Shown here piece after piece: positions 20,588-32,008 of a stretch of 64,000 nucleotides of DNA. Position numbers and translations under genes: made by a program. Each line of letters opens with the position of its first letter. The stretch's first letter is position 1. Under the pieces are notes generated by a model. It did no database searches. It had not been told where the DNA came from and saw only the letters and a program-made list of their open reading frames with translations. The stretch is from assembly GCF_000150275.1 (NCBI RefSeq), contig NW_002060943.1:7258026-7322025 (forward strand), given 5' to 3'. The stretch is from Trichoplax adhaerens. Lineage: Eukaryota > Animalia > Placozoa.

Positions 20588-21580
20588 TCTTTATAAAAAG
20601 CGAATTTTTCCGGATTTGTGTCCGATATAGTTTTCGGATTCTGGGACCGGTCGGGTTTGTGTCCGATATAATTTTCCTGTTTTGGAACCGGTCGGGTTTA
20701 TTTTTAATTTATGTCTGAATTATAATTTTTCTGTTTTAATTTTTGGATTTTTGTTCATGAAAAATATCGTAAGAGTTGATTTTTGAGATATGGACTTTTT
20801 GTTATGAATTTGAAACTTTGGAATTTTATGGCGTGACTTGAAGTCACATTAGGAGATTTAGTGAGGAAAATAGAAAATAAGATGGAAATTGGCAGAGGTT
20901 GTGTTGATTGTTAGGTAGTTAGAATGTTATTTTTATGACTAAATCTTGATGTTTAAAGGTTGATTTTTAGCTTTTTATAGTGTATTAATGATAGAAATTA
21001 TATTAGAAATGAAGTTTGATGTATTTTTATAGTTAGCTTATTGCTTTTATAGTATTTTGTAAGGGAATCGTAGGGTAAATTGTGTCTGAACTTTGAATGA
21101 TTTTTGTTTTCTTAAATGGTGCAAAGTAGTTTTGTAAAACGGATCTTAAGAGCGATTGGTTAGCAAATGTTTAGTTTTAAATACCTCTGACGGCTCTATG
21201 AAGCCTATAAATGATAGTGCAATTAGAAAATTTAGAGGGAGAGTAGAAGAAGATTTTATTTGAAGAACTTGTTGAATTTAAAAGGCCTTCGGGGTCGAAT
21301 TGTCGTAAGTTAAAACGTTCTTGTTTTTGAAAGGTTGTTTGGTCGTTGACAGTTTTTAAGTCTGTCATTTATTTTAATAATACTTAAAGCTAAGTATTTG
21401 TAAGGTTATTCGGTTTATACTTCTCTCCATTTTTGTTTTGAAATAAATTGCTGTTCGGTTATTTCCCCAAATTTTATTTGGTGTCAAAGTATTAGCGTTA
21501 AGTCGACCGGAGTGCAACGAAAGTAGAATCAAAGTTTGTTAAAGTTTTGTAGCTTGATCTCTACACATTTCATTTCATTA
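20588..21580 (+). mobile_element. Dispersed repeat family A, copy 1 (non-autonomous element; Helitron-like 5' start A|TCTTTATAAAAAG)
   Basis: 21138-21580 is nearly identical to the reverse complement of 42365-42807 and similar to 45491-46140. The left part has a short internal duplication (TTTGTGTCCGATATA...ACCGGTCGGGTTT twice). The left boundary and class are uncertain, and no 3' CTRR hairpin is seen. Confidence 0.7.
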
Positions 21581-22496
21581 CACAAATATAAACAGCATCT
21601 ACTTATGGCGAAAAATCGTGAATTAGTAAATAATGTCATCAATCATTTCAGTGACTGAGCTAAGTCCATCAACATCGGAAGGTACCATCCAATTTTATTC
21701 CATGCTGATTTTTCTCTACTTCATATTCGAATTCATCACTTATAAACAAAGATAAATAAAGTTTCTCAGATAAAACGTATGGCAAATTAGAAATAGTACA
21801 ATAAAATTACTTTTCATTGATGTGATTCCAATTACATCGACTAAATTATCTTGAATTAATTTAGATTGAATTGAGAACTTCATAATCATCTGTACTGCCG
21901 TATACTCTGATCTACTATTTGATTTTTACACTATACAAAATATATAGCGTCAAAATAAACTTTTCAAGTCTACGAAATTTTCAGCTAAACTGGATAGATT
22001 CATGACAATTAAATAACATTTTCTCCAGTATTGATCACTTAAACGTACTATAATAAATGAGCAACTGCATATTATACATTTACATAATTAGTGAAATGAT
22101 TAATATGATGATGTCACTAACAAATAGCATTCTACAGTACTGCACCTTCTATTAATCAAAACAAACTTTTAACGTCTACAAAACTTTCTAAACTGGCTAG
22201 CCCCAAGATAAATAAACAATTTTTTCCCAGTATTGATCACTTAATTCTAATTTTATCATTGATCATTCATGATCGATAGTCAAAATATTCTTTACTAAGG
22301 ATAAGCGACATACGATTTTCTGACATTAGAAATCAATACGAATTCGAACAAGAATAAATTGCATTGCCATTCTTATTGACTATTTCTTATCAGACTATTT
22401 CGATTTAATGAGAATAGTACATGAGGTAGATAAAGTCAAGACTGTACCAACCTTCCTATAACTGATTTTGCTGTTAAATGTAACCGAGAAGAAAAG

Positions 22497-25400
22497 ATGA
22501 ATTACTACAGAATTCTAGCTGGATGGTTTATCCTCTTCATGAATAGTTCATTCATTCATACCGGTAAGAATATCAATGATTGATCTATTCCTTAGCTTTA
22601 TAATCTTGTGTTTAGAATTTTCAACTTTGATCTAACAACATGCCACACCCCTTGGAAAAGATTCGAATTGCCGATCAACTATACCACCTTATGAACCGCT
22701 ATCAGGTAACTTCTTGTGCTGAAGTTCGTTGTGATATCGATAATTAGAATGCCATTACAACTAGTGGATATCCGATATAATCACTTTACATTAGGTAAAA
22801 CTAGGCTATTACGAATTATCTAATCATATTATCACTTGTTTGCAATCAGCTGGTATCTTTTACTATAGTTCGATATATTGCTCGTAAAATAAAATGGCGT
22901 CCCGACTATGGTAGATATCTAAAGTAATCCTTCTACAATCGCCAAAAACAGATTATGACTAACATTAGATCAATGTATTGACTACTATCAGTTTATACCT
23001 TGCACTCAGTATATAATGTTGATAAAATAAAATAGCATCACAGCTGACAGATATTCAAAGTAATCCTTCTACAGTAGTAAAGCTTGGGCTACTTAGGTTA
23101 TCACTAGATTATTCCATTCTATGGATTGTTATCAGCTTGTATCTTCTACTATAGCTCAATAAATTGTAGAGTAAAATAAAAATTACATCACAGCTGGCAA
23201 ATATGCAAAATAATCCTTCTATAATGACAAAACTAGGATTATTAATACTGTTACTAGATCATTCTATGGATTACTAACAGCTTGTATCTTATACTATTGT
23301 TCAATAGAATATTGTGATAAAATAAAACAGCATTACAGCTGATAAGTATCCAAAGTATTCTTTCTATAAACGCAAAACTAGGGTTACTAATACTATCAGT
23401 AGATCATTCTATCGATTCCTATCAGCTTGTATCTTGTACTAATAGCTCAATAGATTGTGGAGTAAAATAAAAATGGTATCACAACGGTCAAATATCCAAG
23501 TAATCATTAAACAATTCCTAATCATAAACTACTGCTGATAATAATTTAATCATTCTATCGACACCTAACAGCTTGTATCCTACATCCGTTATAGTCCGAT
23601 ATAATTTCCGTAAATTGAATTATATAACAGTTAGTTGATATCCGAAAGTAATCATCCTATAATAGCCAAAACGACTAAGACTGTAACTAGACCTTTCATC
23701 AACTGCTGTCAGTTTGCATCCTACACTACTGGACTAGTACAGCGCAATAAAACGTCGATGGAGTAAAATGCCATTATAGCTGATGGTTAATATGCTAAAG
23801 ATCATCTTTAAGCAGAAATATGTTATATCGATCGTAATATAGTAGATAGATTGTCATTAGGGTTACCGATTGTAAAATTAATTCATTTTCCAGTAAAGGA
23901 ATCATTACTTGAAATTAGTAAGAAATTAACTTCAACTATAAATTACTTAATCAATTGATAGCTATAGCACCAATTTGATGACAATATAGACGATTATATT
24001 TCAATCTTGATTCTAATAGTGTACCGATATGATTCATGGAAGATGATATTAGATTGAAAAATGATTAAAGTTTCTATTGCCTCTGCAATTGGGAGAGTAT
24101 GATAAATATCCTAATAACTTGCTATCGTTTCATGTATTTTCATTTAGATGAGCAAATATCAAAACTTAATAGCAGCATAAATCTGTTATCAGCACAAGCT
24201 TATGTTGGAGCTGATGGCTACATAAGATGTATAATAAAAATCGATCCAGAACCTACCAGCAATTGTAACAAAAAAAATGTAGCGAAGCAATGTAATATAT
24301 GCCCAGAGGAACTGTGTCCTGGATGTCGAGATTCTCCAGATAAAACGTGCTGGGATTGCTGGTTTAGAAATGGTGAAAAATTACCGATGCAAGAGCCCAA
24401 TAAATATGATTACGACATTTCTCAGAATCATCCCTCTGGTCAACACCTGTCTCAATACTATGAATTTCACCTTATCATTAGAAATGTCACTGAAAAGGAT
24501 GCTGGATATTACAATACTGAACTAAAAAGATTATGCGAATATGAAGGAAGTTTTTCAAATCATAGCACTAAACTAACGATAAAAGGTGCCGTAATGACTA
24601 ATATAATATCTATCTTTGATTTGTAGAATGATATTTGACTAGCTCTACAATTAAATATTCTGCTAATATGGATACAAATACGGATATCTCCAATATATTG
24701 GAGATATCGTCAGTATTTTTCAAATTGTTAATGTTAATCTTATAGCAGAACTTTTTCAAAGTGATAGAAATTTATTTGAAAATTAATACGTGGAATAACT
24801 TATATTTTATCTCTGCGTCGAGAACCACAAATAGGATGATAAAAAATCGATAGCATCTGTTACAGGGGTATCAACATCCGTTACTTTACGTTTACTAGTA
24901 GTTATAGAAGTCATGACATCCTGATGAGGAAAATTATGAAGTATCAGCAGATTTATTAGAGTGAAAAAAGATCAGATGATATGGTACTACGTTATCAGGA
25001 TAGCAATAGGTACAAGCGTTTCTACATGCTGATGCACATAAGAATGTTCTACCCAGTATCTAGCTCTATTTCAAATAGATTAAAAATTATTTTCTATTTA
25101 TTATATACTATGATCTAAGATATAGATATATAAATACCCTTTCTATATAGATTTGGTATGAGTATAAAATCAGGACCATACTAAGGATTACAGTTAAATA
25201 TATATTCACTGTACATATATACATATATACTGCGAATGCAGAATACAGACAGAAGAGTACATAGTTGTAGCCTTTACATCTTTAGAAAGCATTGTGAGAT
25301 CAAGTTAGGTATAAACACTTCTACATGTTTGTGTACATAAGAACATTTTACATAGCATCTAGCTGCATTTCAAATAGACTAAAATTATTATCTTTTTATA

Positions 25401-28243
25401 ATGTACAATGATATTAGATATAGAGTTGGTTAGAGCATAAAACTAGGATCATACTAAGAATTACAGTTAAATGTTTACTTAACAAAATCATAATTTAGAA
25501 ATTTTGTATCTCATACTTATTGATAGTATATTATCCATATAGAATTTAACATTAATTAGAGTGATGATTAGCAAAGTACTAGGAAATTGATTGAGATAGA
25601 TATAAAGATATTCCGTAGATAGTAAGAATTCAAGTAGAGTGAAGTGATTGATTACATATTTATTGATAGACTACTATAGATATGTAGACATCAATGTAAC
25701 AGGAACTTTGAGTTAGAATAATACAGAGCTAGAGTTAATAGGCTAATCTGGGCATACAATTTCAGATACAACAGAAATTTAGAGTCCGAATTATGGAAAC
25801 TTATAGATAAATAATTCAGAATTCATATTTCATCCATACAAAATGTAGGATGGATAGCAATGATCCAAGAATCATTCATTAGCATCATCTTTAGTAAAAG
25901 GACTCTATGAGAATTAGAAAGAGTAGAAAAGACTCCCTTTCAGATTTTCTGTCGATATCTACTAAATATCAATTTGACTTTCCAATAATAAATTACTTCT
26001 TATTTCATATATAGAACCGTCATTTAATTGTCTTCAAAAAACAACTATGGAAGTACTAGATACAAAAGACGAATATTACGTCGACATATTTTGCAGCGTA
26101 GAAGGAGCTCCGCACTCACATGTCCAATTTCTATGGTTTTCTGAACACGGAATTATTGCGACAGACTCAGAGGGTGAATGTAGTTATTCTAACGGATTGA
26201 ACATAACTAGGAGATTGCGGATTAGTCGAAAGAGAGCAGAAAGGCTAAAAATGATTTATTGTAATGTTACCAATTCTTTAATAAAGAACCGCTCATGCCT
26301 CTATGAGGCCTATATTAGTCCAATACCTGATTATAGTAAGCATACTTCATTTTAATAATAGAATAGCGGATAGAATAGATCTAATATAGGAGCTTACAAT
26401 ATTGCTATTCTTTACATAGTATCTTTTCTTAATTTTTTAGCTTGGAGTTTCATCGTGAGTATCATCTTAGGCTCCGCAATATTATCTGTCATCAGTGTTA
26501 GCATATATCTAAAAGCAACAGAAAATCGAAATCTAATATCTATGCTAGAGACCTATATCTATATAAAAAAAACGAACGGTTAGTTAAGATTATAAAGGAC
26601 ATTTTATGAAGATTTATACGGATCTAATGTTATTTAGCACACTACACTTTTTGTCAATAATTTCGATAACCATATCTACTAATTAATAAAATATGCCAAT
26701 AGAATGAAAGCTAGGATAAAGATATTTAGTAACTTTTATAAATGCTGAAGTTATACTCTTATAGGTTGCTCGTTATTATGTAAATAGCTTATACCAACAA
26801 TATAGGATAAATAACAGCTTACGGATATTGATGTTGTAACCGCTATACCCACCTAATTTATTTTGCTTACCTCGATATTTGCGTTAATAGCGCCTGTACT
26901 ATATCGTTATAAAGTACGCCATATCAAAACTAACTAATAGTAAAGGAAGCGAACTCTATTCTACGCAGATTAGAAAAAAATTACAATGGAAACTAGGATA
27001 TAATTATATGTATTATATCGTTGTAAAATATACAGTAGTAGATCCTTCTAAAATAATCAAAAGGATCATAAAGGTACACTCTTTATAGATAGAACTGTAA
27101 TTGAAATGAATTAAAATTATGAATTTAACATCGCATCATTACTTCAACGCTATATCTATATCAAAAATCACAAGAAATAAAATTGCAATGAATTCAAATT
27201 AGGGGTTACAAGAATTGAAAGTATACTTTACTTTAGTAAAATATTATCAATTGAAATTAGGTGTTTATGTCACACTGTTGGGATGTATAAATGCACAGTT
27301 TCTATATTATAAAGCTAAAGTAAATGAATTTTCTATTATGTTGTTGATGAAATTACAGAAAAAGGAGATTACAAATTTAAAATATAGCCATAAATCTAGA
27401 TATTACACTATATGTGTTATATTTTTTCTAGAAGGAAGGGGAAGTTACATTAAAGTTTATCTTAAATCATTAGCTATTATTATGAATTAGTTTATGTTAA
27501 AGCATATCTTAAGCTATTCTTATAAATTTACGTTATTTCTATACTTCTAGATATTACATATGTTATTTTCTGCTTGATTTATATTAGAATATATCTTCAG
27601 TTATCAACTATTCTTACAAGGTTACATTATATCCATAGTTCTAGATAATATATATGGCTTTTTTTATTGGTCTGTATTAAATTATCAACTATTCTTATAA
27701 ATTTACGTTATATTCATAGTTCTAGATACCATATGCACTGTATGTTTTTATTTATATTAGAATAAATCTTTAACCATTAACTATTATTTTTTTATTGTCA
27801 TAACAGTATTGTTGATACAATCACAACCATTCATAACAGAAGATATGGAAAAATTCTGCCAAGCGATTACTACAAAACACAATGTCAACGTTCTTAGGGC
27901 CATCCCTACTCAGTGGATTGATATGAAAACCATTCGAGAAAGCTTGACAAGATTCAAAGTTATTATATGCGTCATAAGTGAAGCAACTAAATCGAATACA
28001 GTACAAAAAAGATTTCAATTCAAGGATTGGGTTTGTAATATTATTAAAGGTTGTCTGGAAATAAGTAACGATGATATACCGCCCCTATTTATAATCATGA
28101 ATGATAAATTGAATCAAGATGAATATGAAGATGATATCAATACTTTGGAGTACATTACTTGCAACGATAAATTAACAGAAGAGCAAAGAGAACGACTAGA
28201 AGAAAGCTTTTCTCGATTTTATGACAAAGACTGGACGATTTAG
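22497..28243 (+). CDS. Type I membrane receptor, paralogue 2: signal peptide, 2 Ig domains, TM, TIR/SEFIR-like domain
   Basis: Exons 22497-22563, 24148-24585, 26015-26335, 26441-26578, 27807-28243, all introns phase 1. Exons 3 and 4 have the same lengths as in paralogue 1 (321 and 138 nt). Signal MNYYRILAGWFILFMNSSFIHT; Ig1 YIRC...CWFRNG...LIIRNVTEKDAGYY; Ig2 IFCSVEGAP...FLWF...IYCNVTN; TM WSFIVSIILGSAILSVISVSIYL. The cytoplasmic domain aligns with paralogue 1 (QPF.TED.E.F, W.DM.T, RFKV.IC.ISE, QFKD, LEESF.RFY..DW). Confidence 0.85.
22760..23800. repeat. Degenerate tandem array, about 145 bp unit, about 7 copies, intron 1 of receptor 2
   Basis: ATCAGCTTGTATCTT...AAAATAAAA..GCATCACAGCTG...AAAGTAATCCTTCTA recurs near 22888, 23026, 23176, 23321, 23466. 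Confidence 0.85.
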
Positions 28244-29696
28244 ACATGCGATTAATTGAAGTTAATACGATAAATAAATGAAATAGAACTATTCTTAATA
28301 CAGTCTGTATGATTTACAAGATGATGTTTTTGCTGGTATTTGTAAGGTGTTTAGCTGAATTATTTCCATTCTTTTAATCAATATATTTATAAATTATACT
28401 AATATAAAATGATGAAACTATAGTTGGTGAATACTCTAGAGCTCTATTAATGGTAATCATCAGGTTTCGTTATCTAAACGATCATCATCATGCGCAATAA
28501 ATATGCGATGATTAGATTAACATTATTTAAATGGATGCCTAATTGTTTGATTGCAAGAAATTTTTGATCGATAAATAAAGCTCATTATAGATTCCAAGGT
28601 GAAATTTGAAATAGCATTTATTTTCAGTCCTGCTACATGTAAAACTAATGTAGTAGTCCATGGGGGTATACTGTATAGTATTGCGATATTTTGTTGAAAT
28701 TAGCATTCAATTTCAACAAAACATTAAATACAAGGTGAAAATTTAGGGATATAGCTCCTGAATAACATAGTCGTGATGTTACATAATATTATATACTCGT
28801 ATATTTCATTAAACGATAACTGCATTAGCATCAGTGTTATGTAGCATTAAACTTATTGATTATTATTAACTTCGGCTTAAAGACTTTCTTTCATAAACTA
28901 TTTTTACCGCCTAATAAGAAATATGGTAAAAATGAAATTTCTTATCGAAATGCTGCAGAATGAGTAGTCGCAAATCGTCAATTTTCTCCAACCCATTTCT
29001 TCCTAATCTTGCCTTCCTTACTTATTAGGCTCATAAGCGGATATCCACTTTCCGGATGTCCGGTGCTATAGTAAAGTCCGTGACGACTAATTAGAAAACT
29101 AGAAATGGCCCTTGTCTTAAACACTTGTTCATTTTACAGTAGTTAACCCCAACAAAGGTAGCCATTTATGACATAGTATATGAACAGCAATGCTAATGTA
29201 ATATAGAATAACTCAAGCGTCACGTAGCCTATCAAGATAACCTCCCATCTACAGCGATCTCGTTTACGACTAGCTTTATCAAGCATCAAGATTAGTAATC
29301 AAGATATCCATTAGCTCGAGACATTATCGAGTACTTGGTAGAGATTATCCAATTGTAGCTTCCAAAAAACAGATCCTCAATTGACTTTGGAGACATAATA
29401 ATCATCCTTGTTTATAGAATAATAATTCAAATTATCTTTCATGAATTAACTTGATCACCAGTTTACGCTGCTATCGGATCATATTCTTACTGTATGTAAA
29501 CTTTGTGTTGATTTATCTGATTGTATTGTGATTAGATATGCATTGTAGCTAGATTAGCTCATTAGATGCCTATAGTTTACTCGTATTCAGACAGTTCAAC
29601 AGATTGGTTACTGAAGTAATTGCTCTCATTATTCATCTTGATAGAAATCCAAGTTACACTTTATCTCAGTATAGAAGATAATACTATTCATATCCA

Positions 29697-31947
29697 ATGG
29701 CTGCAAAAACGGTTCCGACAGTTACTACAAGGTATTCTACTACGTATACGAATCGTAGCCAGTAATAGTAACCGTGCGAGTTTTCTAATCTTCTATTAAC
29801 TGATTAAATTATTATAATAAATAATCATAATAGCTGCATGAATATACTGCTTATTATATTCTCTAGAGTCATAGAAGTAAGGTACAAAACTGCTGACAGA
29901 ATTGATTTGTTACTACTCTATAAAATATGATTTACAACGTCCATGCCATTTTATTTAGTTGTATTCTATCTAGAGATAGTAGAGCACCTAACTGTTAGTA
30001 GAATAGATTTGTTTCTAATCTATTAAACATGTATTATAACGCCAGTGGTAATTTATTTTACTATAGCGTATATTTCTGGAGATAGTAAAGCAATTCACTA
30101 TTGACAGAATAGATTTGCTTCTAATCTATTAAACATGATTTATAGCGCCGATGGTATTTTGTTTTACTGTATATTATCTAAGGATAATAAAGCATCTAAC
30201 TGTTGATAGAGTTGATTTGTTTCTAATCAATTAAATTAAACATGATTTATAACGGCAGTGGCACTGTACACGGATATTATCTAGAGATAGTAAAGCATCT
30301 AACTGTTGAGAAAATTGATTTCTAATCTATCAAACATGAGTTATAATGCCGTTGGTACTTTATTTTCCTCTACATTATAATTATCTAAATATAGTAAAGC
30401 ATCTAACTGTTGACCGAATTGATCTGTTTCTGATCTATACTTTATTTACCGACTGCGTTGATTTAAATTCGGGTAGATCGATTAAGAATTCATCGACTGG
30501 TATCGATATGCATGTCCTAGATGCAGTCACAACACACTCTAATGGGTCGATTCTATATCAAATTGTTGTCGTAACCAACCTTGCAGAACATAAAGGTTCC
30601 AACTTCATACAGGACGATGTTGTGCATTTTGTGGTATGAATTTCAAAGTTATACATACTGCGATAATGATGGCACACGGTGACAACATTATTGTAACTTA
30701 CTGTTCATTTTAAAACCTTGTTGTCCATATGAGTAATAGTCCTATTGCTAGCAAACGTAAAATCTGACTAGTGTTGCTGAATCTACGGAATATCGGTCCA
30801 CAATTTTATTATTTTAAAAACTGCATCTGTATCGTTGATACTGACAAGCTTATTAATTAAGAATAATTCTACGTACGGTATAATCTTATAGGGTTTTATT
30901 TATATCTAGGTAAAGCATGATTACGGTGCTTTCGAAGGATTTTATAGCAAATTATCAGAAAGTTACCCCGCATCGATACTACCTCCGTTACCAGGGAAAG
31001 CATTCATAGCAACTGAAAGCACTATCAAAAAGCGAAAAAGAATGCTAAACGCGTTGATGGAGTTTATTGCATCCTCATCCAAATTATCCAACTGTGAAAT
31101 CGTTCAACAATTTTTAGGTGTCAAAGACAAACGTCAGACAGTGGCTACAAGTCGACCCGTGGATGCAACTGATAATCATCCATTAAGTCAAAATTTTGAA
31201 GCTGATGATAATAAGTATGGCGTATAAAGCTGTCATAAGAACAAATAGACTGCATTAGTTATCGTGGTGCAAGCGCAGAAAATCGTCCTTGTCGCTAAAA
31301 TAATCCCATTAATTGATTGATATTGTATACTTTAAGGACCGAGATCAAAGAAGATTCAGACGAAAACAAGCGCGACGACGACAACGATGATCTATTCGGC
31401 AGTAGTAGCACTAAGATAAGATCTGGTGGTAATTTTTCGGTCGATAAAGGGCAAGATACAAACTTTGGTAATTACGATACAAGAAAAGATACAGGAGATC
31501 TATTTGCACCAACATCTGAACATTCAGAGCAGGCACAAGACCAATCAGAAGAAACAACAGTTGTTTTAGAGTAAGTCTTAAAATGGGCTAGAGTGCTATT
31601 TACGCCCTATTTTCAAAAAGTTGATACCAATTTATTCTCTTCAATAATATACGTAATAATATATCTTCATAATCACTTGCTATATATTTTCTGCTTTATT
31701 TATCGGATTTAGTTTAGGTAATGACGATTTGGATGATTTGATGAAACAAATAGATGACGGTAACAGTAATAAACCTAAGCCTAAGCCAAAACCTAAGCCT
31801 AAACCAAAACCGAGACCCACGGCCGTAAATCAAGCAAATGTCAATCAAATTGATAACATTGGTGATAGTTTGCATAATATAGATATTTCTGATGTTAGTA
31901 AGTATATTCAAGATAATTCTGCTGATGATGACGTTAGCTTATTTTAA
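29697..31947 (+). CDS. HS1BP3: HCLS1-binding protein 3 (PX-domain autophagy regulator)
   Basis: Exons from 29697-29731, 30477-30633, 30910-31213, about 31337-31570 and 31713-31947. The peptide MAAKTVPTVTTRSIKNSSTGIDMHV...ILYQIVVVTNLAEHK...DDVVHFVVKHDYGAFEGFYSKLSESYPASILPPLPGK...QFLG matches the HS1BP3 PX domain as I recall it. It has a KP-rich segment and ends SKYIQDN...SLF*. Confidence 0.88.
29860..30440. repeat. Tandem array, about 103 bp unit, about 6 copies, HS1BP3 intron
   Basis: TCTAGAGATAGTAAAGCATCTAACTGTTGA.AGAAT.GATTTGTTTCTAATCTATTAAACATG recurs near 29888, 29989, 30097, 30198, 30301, 30405. Confidence 0.9.
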
Positions 31948-32008
31948 ACTTCCGAAAAAGTGACGATAGTACAGATTGGATTCATTCTTTTTATAACAAT
32001 GAATTGAT

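Noticed and set aside
21177-21368. ORF MTDLKTVNDQTT... repeated at 42579
   Set aside because: Shared only because both lie in repeat family A; it is disrupted in copy 3 and shows no recognisable domain.
22616-22705. Possible extra exon in receptor 2 intron 1
   Set aside because: Both candidate acceptors give an in-frame stop in the required phase.
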